6,476 nt of DNA from a virus (lineage: Duplodnaviria > Heunggongvirae > Uroviricota > Caudoviricetes). This document shows, piece after piece, positions 1 through 5,630 of the stretch. Made by a program: the position numbers and the translations under genes. Numbering within the stretch: the first letter of the stretch is position 1; every line of letters starts with the position of its first letter. The stretch is from positions 1-6,476 of IMG/VR virus record IMGVR_UViG_2663763280_000003; one strand, 5' to 3'. The notes below the pieces were generated by a model that was not told the origin of the DNA, ran no database searches, and saw only the letters and a list, made by a program, of their open reading frames with translations.

Positions 1-138
1 CATTACGGTATTCCGGCCACGCTGCGGGGCATGGTGAACAACGACTTGAAGGCCACGGCTGACGCCGTGTTGTCCCTGGTGAAAGACGGCGCAACTGATG
101 GTGTTCAGATCGACCCGACGCTGTTTTCATCATCTTGA
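1..138 (+). CDS. 3' end of an ORF entering from upstream of the window (about 45 codons, ...DPTLFSSS*); product unknown
   Basis: Frame 1 is open from the window edge to TGA at 136-138; co-directional with the downstream prophage genes. No recognisable motif. Confidence 0.3.
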   Translation, partial: HYGIPATLRGMVNNDLKATADAVLSLVKDGATDGVQIDPTLFSSS

Positions 139-182
139 TGAGATGATGCCTGTTATTTATACCCCAACCGTCGGCGCAGCCT

Positions 183-425
183 GTGAGCGTTTTTCTGAGA
201 TCTACCGCCGTTCACGCGGCGTGTTTATCTCTTACCAGAACCGGCACAATACAAGTTAACCGCTGGTTCAAAGATCACTACGGAGTGCCCGTCAGAGTCA
301 TTCGTTGGGAGCCGGAAACACAACGAGTTATCTACCTCCGCGAAGGCTATGAGCATGAGTGCTTCAGCCCGCTCGAACAGTTTCGTCGTAAATTCAGGGA
401 AATAGAGGTCGGTCATGAGCACTAA
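183..425 (+). CDS. hypothetical small protein (80 codons, GTG start, no in-frame ATG)
   Basis: ORF from the six-frame track. Its TAA stop (423-425) overlaps the ATG (415) of the downstream replication gene, a typical phage operon arrangement. No clear Shine-Dalgarno upstream of the GTG; a competing antisense ORF exists at 225-422. Confidence 0.35.
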   Translation: MSVFLRSTAVHAACLSLTRTGTIQVNRWFKDHYGVPVRVIRWEPETQRVIYLREGYEHECFSPLEQFRRKFREIEVGHEH

Positions 426-1356
426 ATTAACCGGCTATGTATGGGATGGTTGCGCTGCATCAGGCATGAAATTATCCAGCGTGGCAATTATGGCCCGCCT
501 GGCTGATTTCAGTAATGACGAAGGTGTGTGCTGGCCATCAATTGAAACTATTGCCCGTCAGATTGGCGCGGGGATGAGTACCGTCAGGACGGCTATCGCA
601 CGGCTGGAAGCAGAAGGCTGGTTAACGCGTAAGGCGCGTCGCCAGGGTAACCGCAATGCGTCGAATGTTTATCAGCTTAACGTTGCGAAGCTTCAGGCAG
701 CGGCATTTTCTCAACTGCCAGATTCTGACCCGTCAAAATCTGACGCATCAAAATCTGACCCGTCAAAATTTGATGCGTCGAAATCTGGCAAAAAAGCGGG
801 TTTTCACCCGTCAGAATCTGGCGGGGATCCGTCAGTAAAATCAAAACATGATCCGTCAGATAAAAAACCTTCTCGTCCGGACGCTTCGCAACCGGACACG
901 CAGACGGATGAACAGGATTTTTTAACTCGCCATCCTGATGCGGTTGTATTCAGCCCTAAAAAGCGCCAGTGGGGAACGCAGGATGATTTGACCTGCGCAC
1001 AGTGGCTCTGGAAAAAAATCATCGCCCTGTACGAGCAAGCCGCCGAATGTGACGGCGAGGTGGTTCGTCCCAAAGAACCGAACTGGACAGCCTGGGCAAA
1101 CGAAATTCGCCTGATGTGTGTGCAGGATGGTCGTACTCACAAACAAATCTGCGAGATGTACAGCCGCGTCAGCCGCGATCCGTTCTGGTGCCGTAACGTG
1201 CTCAGCCCGTCGAAGTTGCGGGAAAAATGGGATGAGCTTTCCCTGCGCTTATCACCGTCCGTCAGCACGTACACCGAAAAACGCGAAGACCCGTACTTCA
1301 AATCCAGTTACGACAACGTGGACTACAGCCAGATCCCGGCAGGATTCAGGGGGTGA
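415..1356 (+). CDS. phage replication initiation protein: N-terminal helix-turn-helix DNA-binding domain, repetitive SDPSK linker, DnaT-like C-terminal domain
   Basis: 313-aa ORF with GAGG Shine-Dalgarno before the ATG. The N-terminal segment (…IETIARQIGAGMSTVRTAIARLEAEGWL…) is HTH-like. The C-terminus …YSQIPAGFRG closely resembles the C-terminus of E. coli primosomal protein DnaT (…SQIPPGFRG), recalled from memory. The central linker is encoded by tandem 15-bp repeats. Confidence 0.85.
   Translation: MSTKLTGYVWDGCAASGMKLSSVAIMARLADFSNDEGVCWPSIETIARQIGAGMSTVRTAIARLEAEGWLTRKARRQGNRNASNVYQLNVAKLQAAAFSQLPDSDPSKSDASKSDPSKFDASKSGKKAGFHPSESGGDPSVKSKHDPSDKKPSRPDASQPDTQTDEQDFLTRHPDAVVFSPKKRQWGTQDDLTCAQWLWKKIIALYEQAAECDGEVVRPKEPNWTAWANEIRLMCVQDGRTHKQICEMYSRVSRDPFWCRNVLSPSKLREKWDELSLRLSPSVSTYTEKREDPYFKSSYDNVDYSQIPAGFRG
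724..869. repeat. iteron-like array inside the replication gene (candidate phage origin): four tandem 15-bp units plus three dispersed CCGTCAG core copies, followed by an A-rich tract
   Basis: Tandem units tctgacccgtcaaaa (724-738), tctgacgcatcaaaa (739-753), tctgacccgtcaaaa (754-768), tttgatgcgtcgaaa (769-783). Further core copies ccgtcagaatctg (808-820), ccgtcagtaaaatc (829-842) and ccgtcagataaaaaacc (853-869). Analogous to lambda ori lying within gene O. Confidence 0.55.
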
Positions 1357-1358
1357 TC

Positions 1359-1655
1359 ATGAGTCTTTTGAATGAAGTTCAGAAATTCATTGAAGCCCAT
1401 CCGGGATGTACTTCCGGAGACATTGCGGATGCTTTTGCAGGTTACTCACGGCAGCGCGTTCTGCAGTCAGCAAGCAAGTTACGTCAGAGTGGGCGTGTGG
1501 CTCACCGTTGTGAAGGAGATACACGCAGACATTTCCCGCGCCTGACTGAGAGAGCGCAGGAACCGGAACCACAACCAGTTCGAGAAACCAGACCTGTGCG
1601 CAATTTCTATGTCGGCACTAACGATCCACGGGTGATTTTGTGCCTGACCCGCTAG
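1359..1655 (+). CDS. hypothetical small phage protein, possibly a winged-helix DNA-binding protein
   Basis: ATG at 1359 preceded by a GGGGG Shine-Dalgarno-like run (1349-1353); an alternative GTG at 1353 overlaps the upstream TGA (1354-1356). Ends at TAG 1653-1655. The N-terminal segment (…CTSGDIADAFAGYSRQRVLQSASKLRQSGRV…) is HTH-like. Confidence 0.55.
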   Translation: MSLLNEVQKFIEAHPGCTSGDIADAFAGYSRQRVLQSASKLRQSGRVAHRCEGDTRRHFPRLTERAQEPEPQPVRETRPVRNFYVGTNDPRVILCLTR

Positions 1656-1706
1656 GCTGAAGAACTGGAGTCCAGGGGCTTATACCGTCGTGCTGCAACC
1701 GTGTGG

Positions 1707-1847
1707 ATGGCGGTATTCCGTGAAAGCCACTCCCAGCCAGAACGAAACAATTTTCTGGCGCGTCGTGAGCAGTGCTTACAGAAAAGCAGCAAGCGCGCTG
1801 CATCGGGTGAAGAGTGGTATCTGTCAGGGAATTACGTGGGGGCTTAA
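1707..1847 (+). CDS. possible small ORF (46 codons from ATG 1707), or the downstream part of the preceding gene interrupted by an in-frame TAG
   Basis: The frame stays open from directly after TAG 1653-1655 through to TAA 1845-1847, which overlaps the Dam ATG (1847) as TAATG. No obvious Shine-Dalgarno before ATG 1707. Too short to be listed in the ORF track. Confidence 0.25.
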   Translation: MAVFRESHSQPERNNFLARREQCLQKSSKRAASGEEWYLSGNYVGA

Positions 1848-2500
1848 TGAGTAATAAATATTGTCAGGCACTGGTGGAACTGCGGAACAAACCAGCCCAT
1901 GAACTGAAGGAAGTGGGCGATCAGTGGCGCACGCCGGACAACATTTTCTGGGGAATTAACACCCTGTTTGGCCCGTTTGTTCTGGATCTGTTCACTGACG
2001 GTGATAACGCCAAATGTGCCGCGTATTACACGGCGGAAGACAACGCGCTGGCGCATGACTGGTCAGAACGCCTTGCGGAGCTTAAAGGTGCTGCCTTTGG
2101 TAATCCCCCATACAGCCGCGCCAGTCAGCATGAGGGGCAATACATCACCGGCATGCGTTACATCATGAAACATGCCAGTGCCATGCGTGATAAAGGCGGG
2201 CGCTATGTTTTCCTGATCAAAGCTGCCACCAGTGAAGTGTGGTGGCCGGAAGATGCGGACCATATTGCTTTTATTCGCGGGCGTATTGGTTTTGAACTGC
2301 CTGCCTGGTTTATCCCGAAGGACGAGAAGCAGGTGCCGACAGGTGCTTTCTTCGCTGGTGCTATTGCTGTTTTCGACAAGACCTGGAAGGGACCGGCAAT
2401 CAGCTACATCGGGCGCGATGAACTTGAGGCATGTGGTGAGGCGTTTCTGGTGCAGGTTCGCCAGCAGGCGGAAAAACTGGTCAGGGAGATGGCGGCATGA
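1847..2500 (+). CDS. phage-type DNA N6-adenine methyltransferase (Dam family), orphan
   Basis: NPPY catalytic motif in …AAFGNPPYSRA…; the N-terminal …WRTPDNIF… is typical of phage Dam methylases. ATG 1847 is preceded by a GGGGG run; an upstream in-frame GTG at 1814 is an alternative start. No restriction endonuclease gene nearby. Confidence 0.85.
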   Translation: MSNKYCQALVELRNKPAHELKEVGDQWRTPDNIFWGINTLFGPFVLDLFTDGDNAKCAAYYTAEDNALAHDWSERLAELKGAAFGNPPYSRASQHEGQYITGMRYIMKHASAMRDKGGRYVFLIKAATSEVWWPEDADHIAFIRGRIGFELPAWFIPKDEKQVPTGAFFAGAIAVFDKTWKGPAISYIGRDELEACGEAFLVQVRQQAEKLVREMAA

Positions 2501-2823
2501 CGACGTTAACTCAATGCCAGCAGCAGGTGCTGGATATGCTGATTTCTTACCAGCAAGAACGTGGCTTCCCGCCAACTAATCAGGAGGTGGCAACCATGCT
2601 GGGATACCGTTCAGTGAATGCAGCGGTAGAGCATCTTCGCGCACTGGAGAAAAAAGGCGTCATCACGATAAAGCGTGGCGTGGCCCGGGGGATAACGCTT
2701 CATACCGCGGTGAAGGACGACGACAGCGAGGCGGTCGGGATTATCCGCGCACTGCTTGCCGGTGAGGAAAACGGCAGGCTGCGTGCAGCCCACTGGTTAC
2801 ATGAGAGGGGGCTGAAAGTATGA
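2497..2823 (+). CDS. LexA N-terminal DNA-binding-domain-like protein (108 aa) lacking the S24 peptidase domain
   Basis: MTTLTQCQQQVLDMLISYQQERGFPPTNQEVATMLGYRSVNAAVEHLRALEKKGVITIKRGVARGITL aligns residue-by-residue with E. coli LexA 1-70 (MKALTARQQEVFDLI…[36 protein letters not shown]…SRGIRL), recalled from memory. The start ATGA overlaps the Dam stop and the stop overlaps the rusA ATG. Confidence 0.75.
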   Translation: MTTLTQCQQQVLDMLISYQQERGFPPTNQEVATMLGYRSVNAAVEHLRALEKKGVITIKRGVARGITLHTAVKDDDSEAVGIIRALLAGEENGRLRAAHWLHERGLKV

Positions 2824-3209
2824 AGCTGATCCTGCCGTTTCCCCCCAGCGTGAACACGTACTGGCGACACCCCAACAAAGGGGCTTTTGCAGGTAAGAGC
2901 CTGATAAGCGCGGCGGGGCGTAAATTCCAGGGCGCGGCGTGTGCCGCCATCATTGAGCAGTTACGCCGTCTGCCGAAACCAACGTCGGCACCAGCTTCAG
3001 TGGAGATCGTGTTGTTTCCTCCGGATAACCGGATCCGCGATCTGGACAACTATAACAAGGCGCTGTTTGACGCCCTGACCCACGCGGGTGTGTGGGAAGA
3101 CGACAGTCAGGTGAAAAGAATGCTGGTGGAGTGGGGACCGGTTATCCCGGAAGGGAAGGTCGAGATCACTATCAGTAAGTACGAGAAACCGGCGGGTGCA
3201 GCCGCCTGA
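2820..3209 (+). CDS. rusA: RusA-family Holliday junction resolvase (crossover junction endodeoxyribonuclease)
   Basis: LPFPPSVNTYWRH and DLDNYNKALFDALTHAGVWEDDSQV correspond to the RusA motifs LPWPPSNNRYYRH and [31 protein letters not shown] Shine-Dalgarno upstream; 129 aa. Confidence 0.9.
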   Translation: MKLILPFPPSVNTYWRHPNKGAFAGKSLISAAGRKFQGAACAAIIEQLRRLPKPTSAPASVEIVLFPPDNRIRDLDNYNKALFDALTHAGVWEDDSQVKRMLVEWGPVIPEGKVEITISKYEKPAGAAA

Positions 3210-3228
3210 TTAAGAGGAGAAACGAAGT

Positions 3229-4026
3229 ATGAATAATCTGATGGTCATTGATGGTATTGAAGTTCGTCGTGATGCTTATGGTCGTTACAGCCTGAACGAT
3301 CTGCACAGGGCTGCCGGTTCTCTGGATAAGCATAAGCCTGCATTCTGGCTCCGCAATGAGCAAACTGAACGTTTAATAAGCGAGTTGCAGATTTGCAACT
3401 CGGTCAATATAGAGCCAGTTAACGTTATTCGTGGCGGAAATAACCAGGGGACGTATGTCTGCAAAGAACTGGTGTATGCCTATGCAATGTGGATCAGCCC
3501 GTCATTCCATCTGAAGGTGATCCGTACTTTCGACATGGTAACCAGCGCACCTGAAAAATTATCCGGACAGGCTGCTGACAAGATGCAGGCTGGCGTGATT
3601 CTGCTGGACTTTATGCGCCGGGAGTTAAATCTGTCTAACTTTTCAGTGCTTGGAGCCTGTCAGAAACTTCAGGAGGCTGTTGGCTTACCGAATCTGGCAC
3701 CGCGCTATGCCATTGATGCTCCTGCTGACGCGCCTGATGGCTCAAGCCGCCCCACGCTGTCACTGAGTGCATTGCTGAAGCAGTATGGTATCCGCCTGAC
3801 AGCTAATCAGGCATATCACCAGATGGTGAAGCTGGGGATCGTCGAGCAGCGCGAACGATACAGCCGTACCGCGATTAACAACATCAAAAAATTCTGGTCG
3901 CTGACGGCGAAAGGCTGCATGTTCGGCAAGAACATTACCAGTCCTGCAAATCCGCGCGAGACGCAGCCGCATTTCTTCGAATCCCGATTCCCTGAGCTGT
4001 TAAAGCTGCTCGATACCGTTCATTGA
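3229..4026 (+). CDS. KilA-N domain protein (phage antirepressor-like; C-terminal half uncharacterised)
   Basis: Strong Shine-Dalgarno (AAGAGGAGA) before the ATG. The N-terminal ~110 aa (…YSLNDLHRAAG…PAFWLRNEQTERLISEL…GTYVCKELVYAYAMWISPSFHLKVIRTFD) matches the KilA-N/APSES-type fold pattern. Confidence 0.8.
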   Translation: MNNLMVIDGIEVRRDAYGRYSLNDLHRAAGSLDKHKPAFWLRNEQTERLISELQICNSVNIEPVNVIRGGNNQGTYVCKELVYAYAMWISPSFHLKVIRTFDMVTSAPEKLSGQAADKMQAGVILLDFMRRELNLSNFSVLGACQKLQEAVGLPNLAPRYAIDAPADAPDGSSRPTLSLSALLKQYGIRLTANQAYHQMVKLGIVEQRERYSRTAINNIKKFWSLTAKGCMFGKNITSPANPRETQPHFFESRFPELLKLLDTVH

Positions 4027-4027
4027 G

Positions 4028-4285
4028 GTGACCGTGAGAGCACTACTGACCCCTGAAATTGCCCCGCGTATGGGGATCGTATTGTTCAGACCAGGTTCAG
4101 AGCTGATGCCCCTGTTTATGCAGGGGCGTGTACTGCTGGAGCCTGAGCCGGAACGTTATTCATCTTTCGCCAGTGGTGCCGTTCCCGCGGCATCACAACC
4201 GCTGGCGGATGATCCTGCTGTTCGGGCCGTGTTCCGCAATGAGGCAGTGATCCGTCGTGCTGGTGGCGTGGAATGTCTTGAAAGC
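4028..4285 (+). CDS. hypothetical protein, 5' portion only; reading frame runs into the N-containing breakpoint
   Basis: GTG starts at 4028/4034 immediately after the KilA-N stop, after a GAGGTGA motif. The frame is open to the N run; no recognisable motif. Confidence 0.35.
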
Positions 4286-4295
4286 NNNNTACGNN
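4286..4295. other. ambiguous bases (nnnntacgnn) coinciding with a sequence breakpoint
   Basis: N characters are directly visible. Sequence to the left is the phage ORF; sequence to the right is the gltX 5' end on the opposite strand. Confidence 0.9.
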
Positions 4296-4353
4296 CGCCG
4301 CCAACGTGCAGATAGCCTGTTGGGCTTGGCGCGAAGCGAGTTTTGATTTTCAT
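4286..4353 (-). pseudogene. gltX: 5' fragment of glutamyl-tRNA synthetase gene (first ~20 codons only; truncated at the breakpoint)
   Basis: The minus strand from the ATG (complement of 4351-4353) encodes MKIKTRFAPSPTGYLHVGG, the GltX N-terminus including the class I HIGH-type motif region. Translation beyond the Ns no longer resembles GltX. Confidence 0.8.
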
Positions 4354-4566
4354 GAAATGGCCTTACGTTTAGAAAGATGCCGACAACCGGCAAATCCTGG
4401 AAAAATTGAGTGGGCGATATTCTATCACTCCCGCCTGATTCCTCAATGTAGTTCGGGTTTCTACCTTACGCATTATTGTTTTCGTTGACAAATTGCGCAA
4501 CACGGTCTGTTTTGCGATCATCTTGCTTAAATTTACGACGAACGAACAATTTCTTTAGAAAATGCG

Positions 4567-4594
4567 TTGACTCATTTTGAACTCTCCCTATAAT
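4567..4594 (+). promoter_or_regulatory. sigma70 promoter of the tRNA operon (-35 TTGACT 4567-4572, 16-bp spacer, -10 TATAAT 4589-4594), with an AT-rich upstream region
   Basis: Near-consensus hexamers about 18 bp upstream of the first tRNA. The AT-rich upstream tract (4500-4565) is typical of stable-RNA promoter UP/Fis regions. Confidence 0.6.
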
Positions 4595-4611
4595 GCGACT
4601 CCACACAGCGG

Positions 4612-4687
4612 GGGTGATTAGCTCAGCTGGGAGAGCACCTCCCTTACAAGGAGGGGGTCGGCGGTTCGATCCCGTCATCACCCACCA
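4612..4687 (+). tRNA. valU: tRNA-Val (anticodon UAC)
   Basis: 76-nt sequence GGGTGATTAGCTCAGCTGGGAGAGCACCTCCCTTACAAGGAGGGGGTCGGCGGTTCGATCCCGTCATCACCCACCA with cloverleaf, TAC anticodon in the CTTACAA loop and encoded CCA. Confidence 0.95.
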
Positions 4688-4731
4688 ACTACTTTATGTA
4701 GTCTCCGCCGTGTAGCAAGAAATTGAGAAGT

Positions 4732-4807
4732 GGGTGATTAGCTCAGCTGGGAGAGCACCTCCCTTACAAGGAGGGGGTCGGCGGTTCGATCCCGTCATCA
4801 CCCACCA
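4732..4807 (+). tRNA. valX: tRNA-Val (anticodon UAC), second identical copy
   Basis: Identical 76-nt sequence to 4612-4687. Confidence 0.95.
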
Positions 4808-4853
4808 CTTTCTCGCCAGCTAAATTTCTTGTAAAAATGTGAAGTACCGAAGT

Positions 4854-4929
4854 GGGTGATTAGCTCAGCTGGGAGAGCACCTCCCTTACAAGGAGGGGGT
4901 CGGCGGTTCGATCCCGTCATCACCCACCA
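4854..4929 (+). tRNA. valY: tRNA-Val (anticodon UAC), third identical copy
   Basis: Identical 76-nt sequence to 4612-4687. Confidence 0.95.
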
Positions 4930-4933
4930 CTTC

Positions 4934-5009
4934 GGGTCGTTAGCTCAGTTGGTAGAGCAGTTGACTTTTAATCAATTGGTCGCAGGTTCGAATCCTGCAC
5001 GACCCACCA
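4934..5009 (+). tRNA. lysV: tRNA-Lys (anticodon UUU)
   Basis: GGGTCGTTAGCTCAGTTGGTAGAGCAGTTGACTTTTAATCAATTGGTCGCAGGTTCGAATCCTGCACGACCCACCA; anticodon loop CTTTTAA, encoded CCA; lies 4 nt after the third tRNA-Val. Confidence 0.95.
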
Positions 5010-5013
5010 ATGT

Positions 5014-5041
5014 AAAAAAGCGCCCTAAAGGCGCTTTTTTG
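5014..5041 (+). terminator. rho-independent terminator of the tRNA operon
   Basis: AAAAAAGCGCC-CTAAA-GGCGCTTTTTTG: GC stem, 5-nt loop, T-run. Confidence 0.8.
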
Positions 5042-5147
5042 CTATCTGCGATACTCAAAGATTCGAAGCTGCCGCAGGTTCGAGTTGAGCGCAGCGAAAC
5101 AACGGAGCCGCTCGCGGCGACGGCCCGAAGGGCGAGCGAAGCGAGTC

Positions 5148-5208
5148 ATCCTGCACGACCCACCAATGTAAAAAAGCGCCCTAAAGGCGCTTTTTTGCTA
5201 TCTGCGAT
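5148..5208. repeat. 61-bp direct repeat of 4992-5052 (tRNA-Lys 3' end plus terminator); second copy of a partial tRNA-Lys whose T-arm is interrupted by ~64 bp
   Basis: atcctgcacgacccaccaatgtaaaaaagcgccctaaaggcgcttttttgctatctgcgat occurs at both positions. Upstream of the second copy, cgcaggttcga (5073-5083) resembles the tRNA-Lys T-arm, followed by a GC-rich insert. Confidence 0.8.
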
Positions 5209-5314
5209 TTGCGAAATTGCCTGATGCGCTTCACTTAGCAGACGACTATTTCCGGCAATTCCTGTCTCCTCACCTACTGTGTCAATGCAGCCAACAGCTT
5301 AACCATCGCGGGCG

Positions 5315-5630
5315 TCACCTGCTGTGTTTCCAGTAGCGCCACTGCCAGCGGCCCGCGTCAGGGAGAAAATCATTCGCCAGCCCATCCATATGCAGCACGA
5401 AATCGCCCAGTTCATTTTCATGCGCCTGCAAAATGGCCTGCAAACGTCCGTCAACACCACGTTGGGTGACTTTTACACCCGCTAAAGGCCAGCGGATTTC
5501 ATCGATGTCCAGCGAATCGATGACTCTTCCCTTTGAACGAAGTAACGCGCCTGGCTCAAAGGTCAGCGTTGGGTCAGACAGACTTCCACTTAGCTGCGCA
5601 GGAACGACGAACGCAAACTGAATGGTCATT
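5315..5630 (-). CDS. unidentified coding fragment (about 105 codons, no recognisable N-terminus); possibly the 3' part of the convergent neighbour gene
   Basis: Long open frame on the minus strand. In E. coli K-12 the gene after lysV is xapR on the opposite strand, but I cannot confirm identity from sequence. A different minus frame ends …QQVTPAMVKLLAALTQ* at 5274, hinting at a frameshift or another junction. Confidence 0.3.

Noticed and set aside
656-838. 60-aa + strand ORF (…TRQNLTHQNLTRQNL…) inside the replication gene
   Set aside because: It is an alternative-frame reading of the 15-bp iteron repeats, nested in the well-supported 313-aa replication ORF.
2063-2579. Minus-strand 170-aa ORF and + strand 115-aa ORF overlapping the dam gene
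   Set aside because: They are nested in or antisense to the Dam ORF, which has clear methyltransferase motifs; they have no start context or recognisable domains.
2497-2823. Considered calling the LexA-like ORF a genuine lexA gene or SOS repressor
   Set aside because: It is only 108 aa and lacks the entire S24 peptidase domain with its Ser/Lys dyad; it is better described as a LexA-DBD-only protein.
4028-4285. Considered calling the truncated ORF after the KilA-N gene a late-gene antiterminator (Q-like), based on its position after the nin-like region
   Set aside because: It has no sequence resemblance to the Q proteins I can recall, and it is truncated at the breakpoint; position alone is insufficient.
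4306-4488. 60-aa + strand ORF in the gltX-tRNA intergenic region
   Set aside because: It starts antisense to the gltX start codon region and runs through the divergent promoter region; no Shine-Dalgarno and no recognisable domains.
4466-4681. 71-aa minus-strand ORF
   Set aside because: It overlaps the tRNA-Val gene and the stable-RNA promoter region; its composition is driven by the AT-rich UP region, and a gene antisense to the tRNA promoter is implausible.
4612-4929. Three identical 76-bp repeats with spacers, superficially array-like (CRISPR?)
   Set aside because: The repeats are complete tRNA-Val genes with cloverleaf structure and CCA ends; spacers are 44 and 46 bp of typical tRNA-operon intergenic sequence; no cas genes are present.
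4856-5224. 122-aa + strand ORF from the six-frame track
   Set aside because: It lies entirely over the third tRNA-Val, the tRNA-Lys, the terminator and the tRNA-derived repeat; it is a translation of structural RNA sequence, not a gene.
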